A DNA stretch of 64,000 nucleotides from Eledone cirrhosa. Taxonomy: Eukaryota. Shown one piece after another: positions 22,305-34,174 of the stretch (the first letter of the stretch is position 1; each line of letters begins with the position of its first letter). The notes beneath the pieces are model-generated. The model was not told where the DNA came from. It searched no databases and saw only the letters and a list, made by a program, of their open reading frames with translations. The translations under genes were made by a program, and so were the position numbers. The stretch is from contig OZ024741.1 in NCBI GenBank assembly GCA_964016885.1, positions 148,180,001 to 148,244,000 of the forward strand. The letters are read 5' to 3'.

Positions 22305-24308
22305 TTACCTTACTTCTCGTAGGGGAAGGACGGTTTTTCCATCCTTTTCACTGCTTGTGGCCTCTTCAGGAAGGATGTCCTTATAAATCCTCCTGGAGAG
22401 TGCTTGTCGGAAGTCTCCGATGTCTTTGGGGAATTTTTGTTTTAGTGTCATGTACGTTTTCTGTGTGATGCGAGTGATTTGTATGTGTGGAGGTGGTGTG
22501 AATTTTGGGGTTGTTGTGTAGTCTTTTTCTGTGATGCTGGTGTTGTGTTGGATGTAGTGTAATAATTGCTTGTTGTTCAAATTTAATGCTGTGTAGTGTG
22601 TATCGTTTTGGTTGTTTTGTTTTGTTTGCGTTTGTTGTGGGTTTGTTTCTGTTTCGCATTTTGGTGACTTTTGTGGTGTAGGTGATGGTGGTGTTGGGGT
22701 TAATGATGGTGATGGTGTTGGTGTTTGGGTTGATGGGGTTGGTGATGCTGGTGTGGATGGTGGCATATCTGTCCTAACTTTTTTGTTTCTTAATTTATTT
22801 GTTTCCCTCTGTATTTTGTTTTTGGAGGGGGAAGGAAGAGAATTTTTTCTTTTTAGTTTCTTTTTTTTTTTCCGGATATCATTTCCCACTCCTCGTCGTC
22901 ACAATCTGTCTTCAGTTGTGATAGGCCGGGGAGTGGAAAATCCTCCACAGGCATTAGTTTTGGTTGTGACGTGGTGGATGGTGTAGGCGCTGGTGCTAGT
23001 TCTGAAGCGTTGGGTGGTGATGGTGTTGGTTTTGCTGGTGGTGGTAGTGGTGTTGGTTTTGCTACTGTTGCTGGGGTTGTTGCTGTTATAGTTGCTTCTG
23101 TTGTTGCTGCTACAGTTGTTGCTGCCATCTCTGCTACTGGTGGTCTTGATGGTTGTGTCACTGGGGTGGGTAGGAGAAGTGGCCTCAACCTTTTAGCCTG
23201 AGGGCAGAAAGCCCTTAGGTGGGTTCCTTCACCACAAACGATACACCTAGGTCTTCTGCCCTCGACAATTACCGTGAGGTGGCTGCCGTCAGTGAGGTCT
23301 ATTACCTCTGGGATCTCCTCAATGCTTTTTTGGTCCGCTTGGATCAGGAGCTCCATCCCAGATCCGGACCAGTTCTCCTGCTTTTCTTTTGCTATTGCTG
23401 TTATTTTTGTGTTGGCTTCGATGCCGGCGAGGACGGCCGCTATTAGCCAGGGAATTTCGATGGCCGGTGGAACGTGGGTCACCCTGATCTTTACAAGTCT
23501 CTGGCCACAATAGCTTGGGACGAGTATGAAGTCATCACTTCTTAATGGGGCCATGGAGTGTTCTCTAGCCTCCTCTGGTGTTTCAAAGAACACGTCCACG
23601 GTTCCATACTTCTGCCCACATCTGATGTGGGTTTTTCTTGCCCACACATGTCCCAAAGCTTTTTGGATTTGGGACTTGGATGCCCGTTCCACTCGGCGCG
23701 ATTTTACATTTATTGTTCGATACGACACGGTGCATAGGCGCCGATGCTCCATTTTATTAGGTGGGGGGGGGGGGGGGGGTGAGGCTGACCCTGTACCCGT
23801 CTTTCTTTACCATTTGTTTGGCATTTTCTAAATCCCCCTGAGTTACCATAAATGCTTCGAACTGTTTTGCTACTCTGGCAAAACTGAGGATGGGTTTTAT
23901 AATGTCATTGTTGTTGTTGTTGCTATCGTTATTTGTGTTAATATTAATTTTAGTTTCAGTTGTGGTGGTGGTGACGTCAGTCGTCTTTGGTGGGGAAGAG
24001 TCCATTTTGCTTGATTTCATTTCGACATCACGAGTTAATTTATTTTTTTCTTCTTTTGTTTCTGTTGTCGCGGTGTTGGTGGGGGTGGTGGTTGTCGCGG
24101 TGGTGGTGGTGGTGGAGGCTTTAACCCCTGCAGTCATTGGTAATGGCGGGAAATGAATGTCTGCCTGAGACAAATTTAAAATATTGCTACTGCTTATATT
24201 TTTTGTAGTGTTGGCAAACGTAGTAACATTTACAATGGTGGTGTCGGTGTGAGGTGTTAATTTGTGAGGAAGGCTTTCAGCTGCTTGGTGCAGAGGTGAA
24301 TTAGCCAT
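22305..24308 (-). pseudogene. Tx1 ORF1 (T/P-rich, zinc knuckle), broken at homopolymer runs
   Basis: ATG at 24308 (MANSPLH); VEGRRPRCIVCGEGTHLRAFCP knuckle; frames shift at the G run ~23763-23779 and T run ~22861-22871. Confidence 0.75.
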
Positions 24309-24516
24309 TTTTTTCAAAGAAATTTTTTGATAATAATAAAAGTTTAAATTTGGGGCACAAGGCCCCAATCTTTTTGGGTGTCCTTTTCGGAAAACAATGT
24401 ATGTGCGCTTATATATGGTTAACAATAACAATTTTCCATAAATGGCAATTTTTAACAAACGGAAATAACAAACCTTTGCGGAGTTCACGATGATACGATT
24501 TACTACGTAGGTCGCC

Positions 24517-24552
<36 letters not shown>

Positions 24553-24553
<1 letters not shown>

Positions 24554-25250
24554 GGGAAGAAGACGCACAAGGTGGTAGAAGGTCATGAAATCGCTCCCGT
24601 AAGTTTTTGATTTTTAACATATTTAAATCAATTGTGAAATAACAATTCTTAGTACAAATGTTGCATAAACCACCGAATGAGGTCCCATAAAATTTCGGAT
24701 CCATATTATATTGTTATATCGCTCAAATATTCAATTTTGTATTATATATTTTGTATTCAAAAAAAGAAAATGGTGATAAATGGAAGAAAACACCCTCTGT
24801 CTACACTATATAGAACAGCCAAATAACAGCAATTTCACCAACACCAGAAACTTGATACACCACCTATCCCATCACACTAAATATAACAGCCAGATATCGG
24901 CAATTTCACCACCACCACCATCAATCCCAGCATCATAATAATAATTACTATTATTATTGTCTCAAATTTTAACAAAATGTTTAATTCCAATTTTACGGGA
25001 ATATGTCAACACAATATATATTAAACATACGAACACAAACTCATAGATACTACATATCACAAAACCCAGTAACCACAACGCCACCACCCCATCCATCATT
25101 GCTACCACTATCCCATTGCCGCCGCCACCACTCCTTCATTGCTACCACCACTATTCCCCTGTTAACTTGAGAGAGAAAGGGGAAGGTGGCGGTATCACTA
25201 GACAAGGGAGAGGCTATCAAAAGATATAAATAGATTGACTTAGTGACCTG
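24553..25250 (+). repeat. Unclassified dispersed leader repeat, copy A2
   Basis: Same start AGGGAAGAAGAC after (AAT)n; aligns by eye with 14033-14870. Confidence 0.75.
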
Positions 25251-25530
25251 GCCACCGGCCAAACGTCAACATCAACAACTATGGGACTGCTGGCTCACCC
25301 CTTCCTCACCAACAATATAAAAAGCCCCGGCACCACCACCGACATAGCCAACAACAATAACAGGCAACTACAGCAAAAAGTATATTATATTATTGTAATG
25401 CACTGGGTGATTGCTGGCCTTGTGCCTGGAGTGGAGACAATTATTAATAATTTCATTCTTAAGCCACGCAATGCTCACATTAAGGAACCACTCATGATAA
25501 TAACAATTTAAAAAAAACAACAAAAAGAAA

Positions 25531-28500
25531 ACCCTGTGACCAAGAAATACCGGGATGGCGGCCGGCGGGGAATAGCCGTGTCTCTAGGGGAGAACGACCC
25601 CTCTAGTCTTGGTTGACACTCGTTCTAGAAGTGGTAACACGAAATGATTACCCCTTGGCGGATAAGGATAAAACGCGACAAAATAAAGTAAATGTCTAAT
25701 GATAAAATCTCATACCGGATCGGCCGTCACCCGGGTAAAAAAGGGCCGCGTCCCTCAGAGAGGAACCAGACTGGGGTCGAAAAATCAGCTAATGGTTCAA
25801 ACCTTCCCATCACTTCGGAGCTGGAGACCTCCCATAACCGGAATACTCCTACTGTTGGCCCTCCATGCTCACCACCAACAAATCCAAAGAAAAAGAGAGA
25901 AAAATGGTCAAGGGAAGATAATAAAGAAGTCCTTGAGGCTTTCTACACTGCCATGTACTACCCATCAAATACATCGAATACAGAACAGACATATATCAAC
26001 TGGAAAAAGAAACATCCCGAAAACAGAGGCTATATTGACAGTAACAAACTAGCCAATATACGAAGAAATATTGTAAGAAAAAAGTTACTAACTGATATAG
26101 AAATTGATCAGATCAAGCTATTAGCACAAAGTCAGCGAAGGGAAAATGAAACATGTGTCAGTGAAAACGAGGTAAACTGTAACACTTCGAATCCCAGGGT
26201 TGGGGCGGAATCACTGGCAACAGAACAAATTACAGAAAGGATCGAAAAAGTGGAGGGAGTGCATGCTCAGGATGAAACCCCAAATGAAAATAATGAGATC
26301 GTAAATGATAAAGAAATGAATGAGAATGAACTTGCCAACTTGAAGGATGAAATTATGATCGAATGGATGAAAATGAAAGAATCTGACATGGGGCAACGAG
26401 ACACCCTCCCTAAGATCCAGAACTCCAAACAGAACCAAAAGATAATACACAAGACTAACATAATTCTCAAAAACATTATCATCACAAACAAACTAAACAT
26501 TACTGATTTAAATCATCTCTATTATGCATCGGCTAAAGTCACCACTCACTTATGTGGAGTGAAGATGAAAAAACAAAGGAATTCCAACAAGAAATCTACT
26601 TGGCAAGAGAACATTAATCGCTAAATAAACCTTCTCCGATCTGACATAGAAATTTTAACAAACTATAAAGTAGGTGAACATGTTAAACAAACTAAACTTA
26701 GAAAATTGAAAAGAAAGTACAGTATAAAATCAACATGTGACATAGACATGCTGATAGAAATAATCAAGCAAAAAGTGTCGGCCAAAGCTGCTCGTATAAG
26801 GCGCTTTGAAAAACGATCTAGACTCTATAAGGACAATAATATGTTCAAAAACAACCAAAGAAACTTCTACAGAAAAATTGGTAAGTCAACAATAACTGCT
26901 AAATCAATACCACCCAAGGAGGAAGTGCAAGAATTCTGGGAAAAGATCTGGGCCGAAGAAAAAGTTCATAACATACATGCCCCATGGATAGACAGACAAA
27001 TAAATGATACAGCTCACCTTGAGGAACAAATATGGGAAAATATAACAGTTGAACAGTTGCGCTTGGCTCTAAGAAAAACCAGCAAATGGAAATCCCCAGG
27101 AAAAGACAAAATACAAAACTTTTGGATAAATGCCTTCACAGAGTCTCATGAGCTGTTAGCCCAACTTTACAATGAAATAGTTAAGGAGCCAGAAAAGATA
27201 TAATCATGGCTAGTTAACGGCATTACATTCCTGCTTCCGAAGAATGATGAGACAAACAATCCCAAAAATTACAGACCGATAACTTGCTTGACCACAATGT
27301 ATAAAATTTTAACATCAGTCCTAACTGAATACACATATGACCACCTGATAACAAATGACCTATTTCCCATTGAGCAGAAAGGGTGTAAACGAGGCTCATA
27401 TGGCTGTAAGGATCAGCTTCTGGTTAACAAAATGATACTGGAAGATTGTCATAATAGACACAAAAATCTATCGATTGCTTGGATAGATTATAAAAAAGCA
27501 TTTGATAGTTTGCCACACAGTTGGATTGAAAAATGTTTAGAGATTTTCAAAATATCCCCCGTTGTCAGGAGGTTTTTGTCATTCAGTATGAAGACATGGA
27601 AAACGACACTCCTTTTGAATAGTGAAACAAAATCACTGGAAGCTGGAGAAGTTAATATTAATTGTGGAATTTTTCAGGGTGACTCTTTATCACCGCTTTT
27701 ATTCTGCATCGCACTTATACCATTAAGTAAAATGCTCAATGAAACAAAACATGGATATAAAGTCTATGACAAAACCATTAATCACCTGTTCTACATGGAT
27801 GACCTGAAACTATTTGCAAAAAATGATGAACAATTGCAAGGGCTATTATCCACTGTGGAGCAGTTCAGTGATGACATTAAAATGGAGTTTGGACTAGATA
27901 AATGCGCCAAAGCAACGCTCACCAGAGGAAAGCTGCTGAAGAGTTCAGACATTAATCTTGATCGGGGGAATGTGATAAGAGAACTTGATCAAGAGGAAAC
28001 TTACAAATATCTAGGTGTTTGTGAAGGAGACGGAATCAAGCACTCGACAATGAGGGAAAAGATAAGGAAGGAATGTTACCGCAGAGTAAGAGCAATCTTA
28101 AGAACGGAATTGAATGCAAGGAATAGGATCGATGCCATAAACACGCTTGCCATACCAGTAGTAACCTACAGTTACAATGTCATCAACTGGTCAAGCACAG
28201 AGATCCGTAGGCTCGATTCGAAAATTCTTAACCATGCACAGAATGCATCACCCTAAGGCAGATATAGATAGAATATACCTCCCTAGAAAAGAAGGAGAAC
28301 GTGGGTTAATCCAGTTAGACATTGCGTTGAAAACTGCAACAATTGGATTATCTACATATCTAAGGGAATCACATGATTGGATGATCAAACTCGTTTTGAA
28401 ACACGAAAGCATCAAAAGATCATATTCCATTACAAAAGATGCACAAAGATACAGTAATGGACTACAAATTTCAGAAGTCCCATTTACTGCTGAAATGGAA

Positions 28501-29506
28501 AACACAGAAAAAGCAAAGCAGGTAAAAGTAACTGCAAAGAAAGAACTGCTACAGAAACTGGCTAAGAAATGGCAAGAAAAGCCTCTGTATGGAAAATACC
28601 CAGAGCGAGCTAACAATCCTGATGTTGACAAAACTTTAACCCATCAGTGGTTGGCATCCTCTGGACTGAAATCGGAGACTGAAGGACTGATTATATCAGC
28701 ACAAGATCAGTGTCTGCCAACAAAAAATTACCAAGCCAACATAATAAAAAATGGATGCAGCCCATTATGCCGTGTCTGCAAAAAACAACCAGAGACCATT
28801 GACCATATAATTTCAATGTGCAGTCCTATAGCTCCAACCGAATACCTAAACAGGCATGACAGAGCTGCACAATACATACACTGGATAATGTGTAAGCATT
28901 TTGACCTGCCCCATCAAAAGAATTGGTGGGAGCATCAACCACCTCCCATACTTGAAAAAGATCACATCTCAATCTTGTGGAACTTTAGCATCCAAACAGA
29001 CCGAAAAATAGATGCAAATAGACCTGATATAATACTGAAGGACTTTAAAAAGAGGGTATGCCTGCTAATTGATATGTCCGTTCCAATAGACAAGAATGTA
29101 TCTATAAAAACATTTGAAAAATTGAGCAAGTATAAGGACCTGGAGATAGAAATTGGAAAAATGTGGAAATTGAGAACTAAAACAATACCAGTGGCTGTAG
29201 GCGCTCTGGGAATGATACCTAAGGGGTCTAACGACTACTTTTCCCAAATCCCAGGAAACCCGCGTATAGGAGAAATTCAAAAGATAGTACTAATGGGAAC
29301 TGCCCATATACTAAGGAAGATTCTGTCAATATAAGTACATCACAAGTCTAAACACTAAAGATGCATGTGTGAGTATGTATGTTCTTTCTTGAACATGGCG
29401 GACCTTGTTGTCTCTTGAGGTCACTGGTTGTGATTTGGTGATAACTCGTATGAACATAAAGCAAGATAAATGCAACTGTAATAATAATAATAATAATAAT
29501 AATAAT
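25531..29506 (+). mobile_element. Second, divergent R4/Dong-clade LINE, full length but disrupted
   Basis: ORF pieces 25692-26624, 26706-27203, 27288-28256, 28177-29334: WKSPGKD, IDYKKAFD, YMDD, CRVC..ETIDHIISMC, RHD, RPDIIL..LIDMSVP; (AAT)n tail. Confidence 0.9.
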
Positions 29507-31500
29507 ACGGTTACTGATAATAGTAGTAGTGGTGGTAGTAGTAGTCGTAGTTGTAATGGTGAGTAGATAGATGTGTAAAATAGTAACAATAATAATAACA
29601 TGACTAACAATAATAATAACATGAAAAGAATTTTTGGAAAGACTATATATGATAGGCAAAATGCTGGTTTTTTTGTAGACTGGTGTATTGGATTGGCACC
29701 ATTCTAATATAGTGGATTGAGATCATGAATTGGCGAAAGGTTGGGATAATTTGAATGTTTTATCTTAATGGAGGTGATGCGTCTATAAAAAAAAATTTGA
29801 GGGATTGCTGAGATTGATTTAATGACCGGTTGGTCAACTGACATCTAATAACAGTGAGGAGGTATAAAGTTGGTCTGTTGGCATCAGTCTAATAGACATT
29901 TTAATCAGGGTGGTTTTGACTGGATACTGAGATCGCTAGATCGAATTATGCTGGTCGCGGTTTGAAGTTGGAGAATTTAGTGGCTGCTTTGTGCCTACAG
30001 AAGATTGTTCGCTTGATCTTGTTATTGAGCAGCATTTTATTATATTTTAGAATATGAAGCAGCTCCATATTGCAGAGTCCGCAGTGGGACATTCCATTTC
30101 TGTAAGTCCTTGCATTCGATAACTTCGACCAGCTAATCTCATATTCCCGATTAATGTCCTTAAGCTGCCAGTTTATTGGCCAACGTTGTTGTATTACCGA
30201 GTTTTCATTTTTTTATGAAGTGTCTATGCACATACCATCTTTTTTTGAAGTCGCCAACCGTAGAACCTATGTAGTGCCATGCTAGGTTGCCAGACTTGAT
30301 AGTGCACAGGTATACCATACTTGACTCCAGGCATCTTTTCTGCAGTAGGCATTTATCCAGTAGGTGGTAGTTACATTTGGAGGCCTTCCTGTGTGCAGGT
30401 TCCTCATTGCAGTTTAGTATGTTGTTTGGGATAGGCTGATTTATTGGTGTTTTGTTGCGACATATCCTGGCGTGTGGGTGGTTGTGATGCTGTTACGTGT
30501 TTGCATTTTGTATTTGATGTTACGGTGTATGTTGGTAGACTACATTCTTTAGAGATTCTTTTATAGTTGATTTTATGTATGTGTGATTCGATGTTCGCTG
30601 CAGTAGAGTAAGAGAGTTTAATGGTTTTTCTGTTGAAGATTCTATGGTATTTCTGTGGTTTAGAGAAGTGCTTATCAATTAATTTAAAGAATATAGAAGG
30701 TAGGTTGGTCCTTATGGAGGAGTTGAAAATTGGATTGAACCATAAATATTTCCTACTTCTGGTTTCTCCATATTAATGTTCGGTTCGGCTATTTTGTGTA
30801 TCTGTTGCCTATTTCTATGTTTAGTTCTATATTTGTTATTCCTATAAGTGTAGGTGGCGCAGTTGTCGTTAGGTTTGTACTTGTAGTTGCTGTCTCCATC
30901 AGGTATATATTTGAGCCCCTCATTGTGACCTGCTTTACGAAAAACTGTTATAGTAGTTTGCGTGTTCATTGAATATTTCTAGATTTGAAGAGAGGCGAGA
31001 TATTCTGAGGGATATACTGTGTGCTATCGAATTAATTATGGAGTGAGGATGGTTGGAGTTATAACTAATCTAGGCTAGATTCTGGTTATTTTTATGGAAA
31101 GGCTCTATTGGTCCTGTGTTTAAGTTGAATGTTACATCTAGGAAATTTACTTTTTTAGAATTTAGTTCGAAAGTGATACCCAGGCCTAGTCTACTGAAGA
31201 AAACCATAATGTTTTTCCATAATCTTTCCATGCTTTGATTGTTCATGTTTTTAGCCAGAAGGAGCGTGTCGTTCCTGTAAATCCTCCCTTGGAGGTTACT
31301 AAATTCCTTATGCAAGTTATGTGCTATATATATATTCCTACTATGTCTGTTACTTGCACTGAGTCGTTAGATCCCATTGTAATGTCGAAAGCTATTCTGC
31401 CTGTTTCTTCATTCCCAGTAATTATTTTCGAATCTAATAATAGTTCTCCTAGCAGCTAGTATTATTCTAATTTCATCAGAGGTTAGGTCTGAATTTTTCC
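29507..31500 (-). mobile_element. Penelope-like element body (5'-truncated RT, GIY-YIG, pLTR), decayed
   Basis: FDITMGS, IYRND (degenerate YRDD), VNFLDVTF, WFN.PP-like segment; MVYLCTI..WHYIGST..FKKRWY GIY-YIG motif near 30230-30320. Confidence 0.8.
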
Positions 31501-32369
31501 ACTAAATTCTCCAACTTCAAACTGTGACCGGCATAATTCGATCTAGCGATCTCAGTATCCAGTCAAAACCACCCGGATTAAAATGTTTATTAGACCGACA
31601 CCAACAGACCAACTTTATACCTCCTCACTGTTATTAGATGTCAGTTGACGCATCACCTCCATTAAGATAAAACATTCAAATTACCCCAATCTTAATCACT
31701 CATATGTTATCATTGTCCCTTTTACTTTTCATTCTCTATTTATCTATTTACTGTTTTCTGATTTTTATTATCTTTTATTTTTTGTTTTCGACTCCTTATT
31801 CTTTATTTTTATCTCCTATTCTTTATCTTTTACTTTTTATTTGTATCTTTTATTATTTTTATCACTTTTTATTTCGCCAATTCATGATCTCAATCCACTA
31901 TATTAGAATGGTGCCAATCCAATACACCAGTCTACAAAAAACTAGCATTTCGCCTATCATATATAGTCTTTCCAAAAATTCTTTTCATGTTATTATTATT
32001 GTTAGTCATGTTATTATTATTGTTACTATTTTACACATCTATCTACTCACCATTACAACTACGACTACTACTACCACCACTACTACTATTATCAGTAACT
32101 GTATTATTATTATTATTATTATTGTTTTCATTTATGTTATTCTCCAATGTATCTATAAATACCAGTGCCCTGTGTTATATACACACCAGTATTCTGATGA
32201 TTTGATCAGGTAAACACTGTAATTAAGGTCAAGTGACATAATTTCTAACGATCAGTGGCTTTTAGACTCACCTGATTAACAAAACAATTGTTAATACTGT
32301 AAATAAATCCTTTTTCTACAGCCAACCATGTTATTCTTCATTCTTTTACTATTATTACTCCAAGAACCA
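31501..32369 (+). mobile_element. Inverted pseudo-LTR of the same Penelope-like element
   Basis: 31501-32120 is the reverse complement of ~29480-29981 (with indels); 32130-32369 is the reverse complement of 13416-13656. Confidence 0.85.
32187..32299 (+). ncRNA. Degenerate type I hammerhead ribozyme motif with long stem II insert
   Basis: Stem I CAGTATT/AATACTG; CTGATGA; stem II TTGATCAGGT/ACCTGATTAA; cAAAA in place of cGAAA; palindromic ACAATTGT stem III. Confidence 0.55.
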
Positions 32370-32453
32370 CCTGCCTAGGAACTTTCTTAAACTGGCCACC
32401 TGATTACCTTAAACGATACCTTTTTATCCTATATATATATATATATATATATA

Positions 32454-33345
32454 AGGTTTAGGATGGTGTTTTGGACGGAACAAGAGAAAAGAAGAAAGAA
32501 TCCTTCGTCAGCTGTAAATCCGCAATCTAGATGCTTCGGCGCTTATTTAAAGGACATCTGTAGCGATTGGCAGTGCACCCGAGGCCTTTTCTTAATCAAA
32601 AGGCCAGGAGGAAAAGAAGAGAAAAAGGAGAGAAAAAAAAGAAAGGAAAAAGAAGGAAAAGAGGAAGAAGAACAAAGGGGGAAAGGTGGTGAGAAGAGAA
32701 GAAGAAAGAGAAAAAGGAAAAAAAGGAGAAAAAAGGTGAACAGATCCCATCGTGGGGAGACACAGGACAAAGGAACAGGCAAATGAGTAACCGTGAAAAA
32801 ATAGGATGAGTAAGTTATAGCACACCTGGTAGACTTAAGCCTGGTAGGATGCGCTAACAGAAGACGGTATTAGCATGTCGCCTCTATCATAGAAGAGAGA
32901 GAGAGTGAGAGAGAGAGATTAAGACACGAGCAACCGGAAGTTGAGACGGAGAAGGGAAAATGAGATAATCCAAAAGCAGTTTTACGACAGTGGTAAAACA
33001 TGTTGTAAAAGATTGCGAACAGAGATTTTACGACACGTGTAAACTTGTCAACAATCGAAACCGAAAAGATGGATAGAGTGAGGGAGAGAGAGACGAGGAC
33101 AAGGGAAGAGTCGATGCGAAAGCGTAGTAGGAACACAGATCGAACAAAACAGGTAGAGGGGGGTTACACCAGTAAATACAAAATGATAAGAAACAAAAGG
33201 AGCTGTGTGGTTACTAAAAACAAGGTTTAGGATGGTGGTTTGGACGGAACAAGAGGAGAAAAGAAGAAAGAATCCTTCGTCAGCTGTAAATCTGCAATCC
33301 AGATGTTTCGGCGCTTGGGCTTCTGTGCAGTTTCCATTTACCAAA
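32454..33345 (-). repeat. Partial tandem repeat remnant, possibly a non-autonomous Penelope-type pLTR
   Basis: ~90-bp direct repeat (32454-32543 and 33222-33316) carrying GAAAC..CTGACGA on the minus strand; abuts (TA)n. Confidence 0.45.
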
Positions 33346-33461
33346 TTTCATTCACAAGGTACTGGTCAACTCACGATTATCATAGAGCACGCTTTCCCAA
33401 AGTAGTTCCATGCAGTAATAAAAGGACTAATGATAACAACAATTAAATATATTATACTCAC

Positions 33462-33548
33462 AGTTATCCCAGCATCCAATAGCAGCAATTGTGTGAATTT
33501 TTTGTGCCAATACTTGCAGTGGTATGACTGAGCCCGATGGGAAAAGAT
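33462..33548 (-). CDS. CCDC142: Host gene coding exon (2nd visible), CCDC142-like
   Basis: Acceptor ttgttgtattctag|, donor |gtgagt; 87 bp, phase 1->1. DLFPSGSVIPLQVLAQKIHTIAAIGCWDN spliced to CVCKVEG matches recalled human WSWDQGFCQALG. Confidence 0.8.
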
Positions 33549-34174
33549 CTAGAATACAACAAAGTGATTTTAGGTTTTAATTATCTTTTACGTGAAGCGC
33601 ATCTTAATTAGAAGCTATAACATTCATTAGTGAGAAACATACAGAAATAATAATAATCTATACTATAACAAGAGCTGTGTCTGTCAGTCTGTTCATCATG
33701 CTCTCTATATAGAGAGAAGGAAATAATACTCTACTTCTCACTCACTCCAACTCCCTCTAATTAACTAAAACGTTGCAAACAAATGACAATAATACAGGGG
33801 GCTGTTTGTGTGTGTGTTTCTGTATGTCCGTCAACATATAGACAATGCAACGCAGACTTCAAAAAAAGACTTTCACTATAATAACAGGTGGTTGTTGTTA
33901 CTGAGAGAGAAATACAGTGAGAGAGAGTGTGTGTGTATGTAAAAGATAGATAGGTAAAGAGAATTGTCACCACAATAAGAGTTTTGACTGAAAACATGGG
34001 AGTTTTAAGTGCAAGTCTGTCAATACATGGAAAAAACATGTTTGTGTTTCTGTATACACTAAGGACCCCCCTCCCCCCAGCTACAACTAGTAGTAGTAAT
34101 AATAATAATAAAATAAAATAAAATAAAATAAAGAGGGTTCTTCAGTCTTATTGAGCATATGAAAACTTCTTTAA

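Larger units (their letters stand above)
18756..24516 (-). mobile_element. Full-length Tx1/L1-group LINE inserted in (AAT)n
   Basis: 5' GGCGACC.. at 24516 and 3' AATAAAGAAAAC at 18756, both abutting (AAT)n; two-ORF layout. Confidence 0.9.

Noticed and set aside
15262-24156. Numerous antisense ORFs over the LINEs
   Set aside because: Shadows of long coding frames with no recognisable motifs.
24309-24704. Leu-run 'signal peptide' N-terminus of ORF 23757-24704
   Set aside because: It reads through antisense leader A2, (AAT)n and the Tx1 5' UTR; the likely start is the ATG at 24308.
33657-34090. Helitron-like 5' start TCTATACTATAA
   Set aside because: No 3' hairpin before a CTRR end, so the element could not be delimited.
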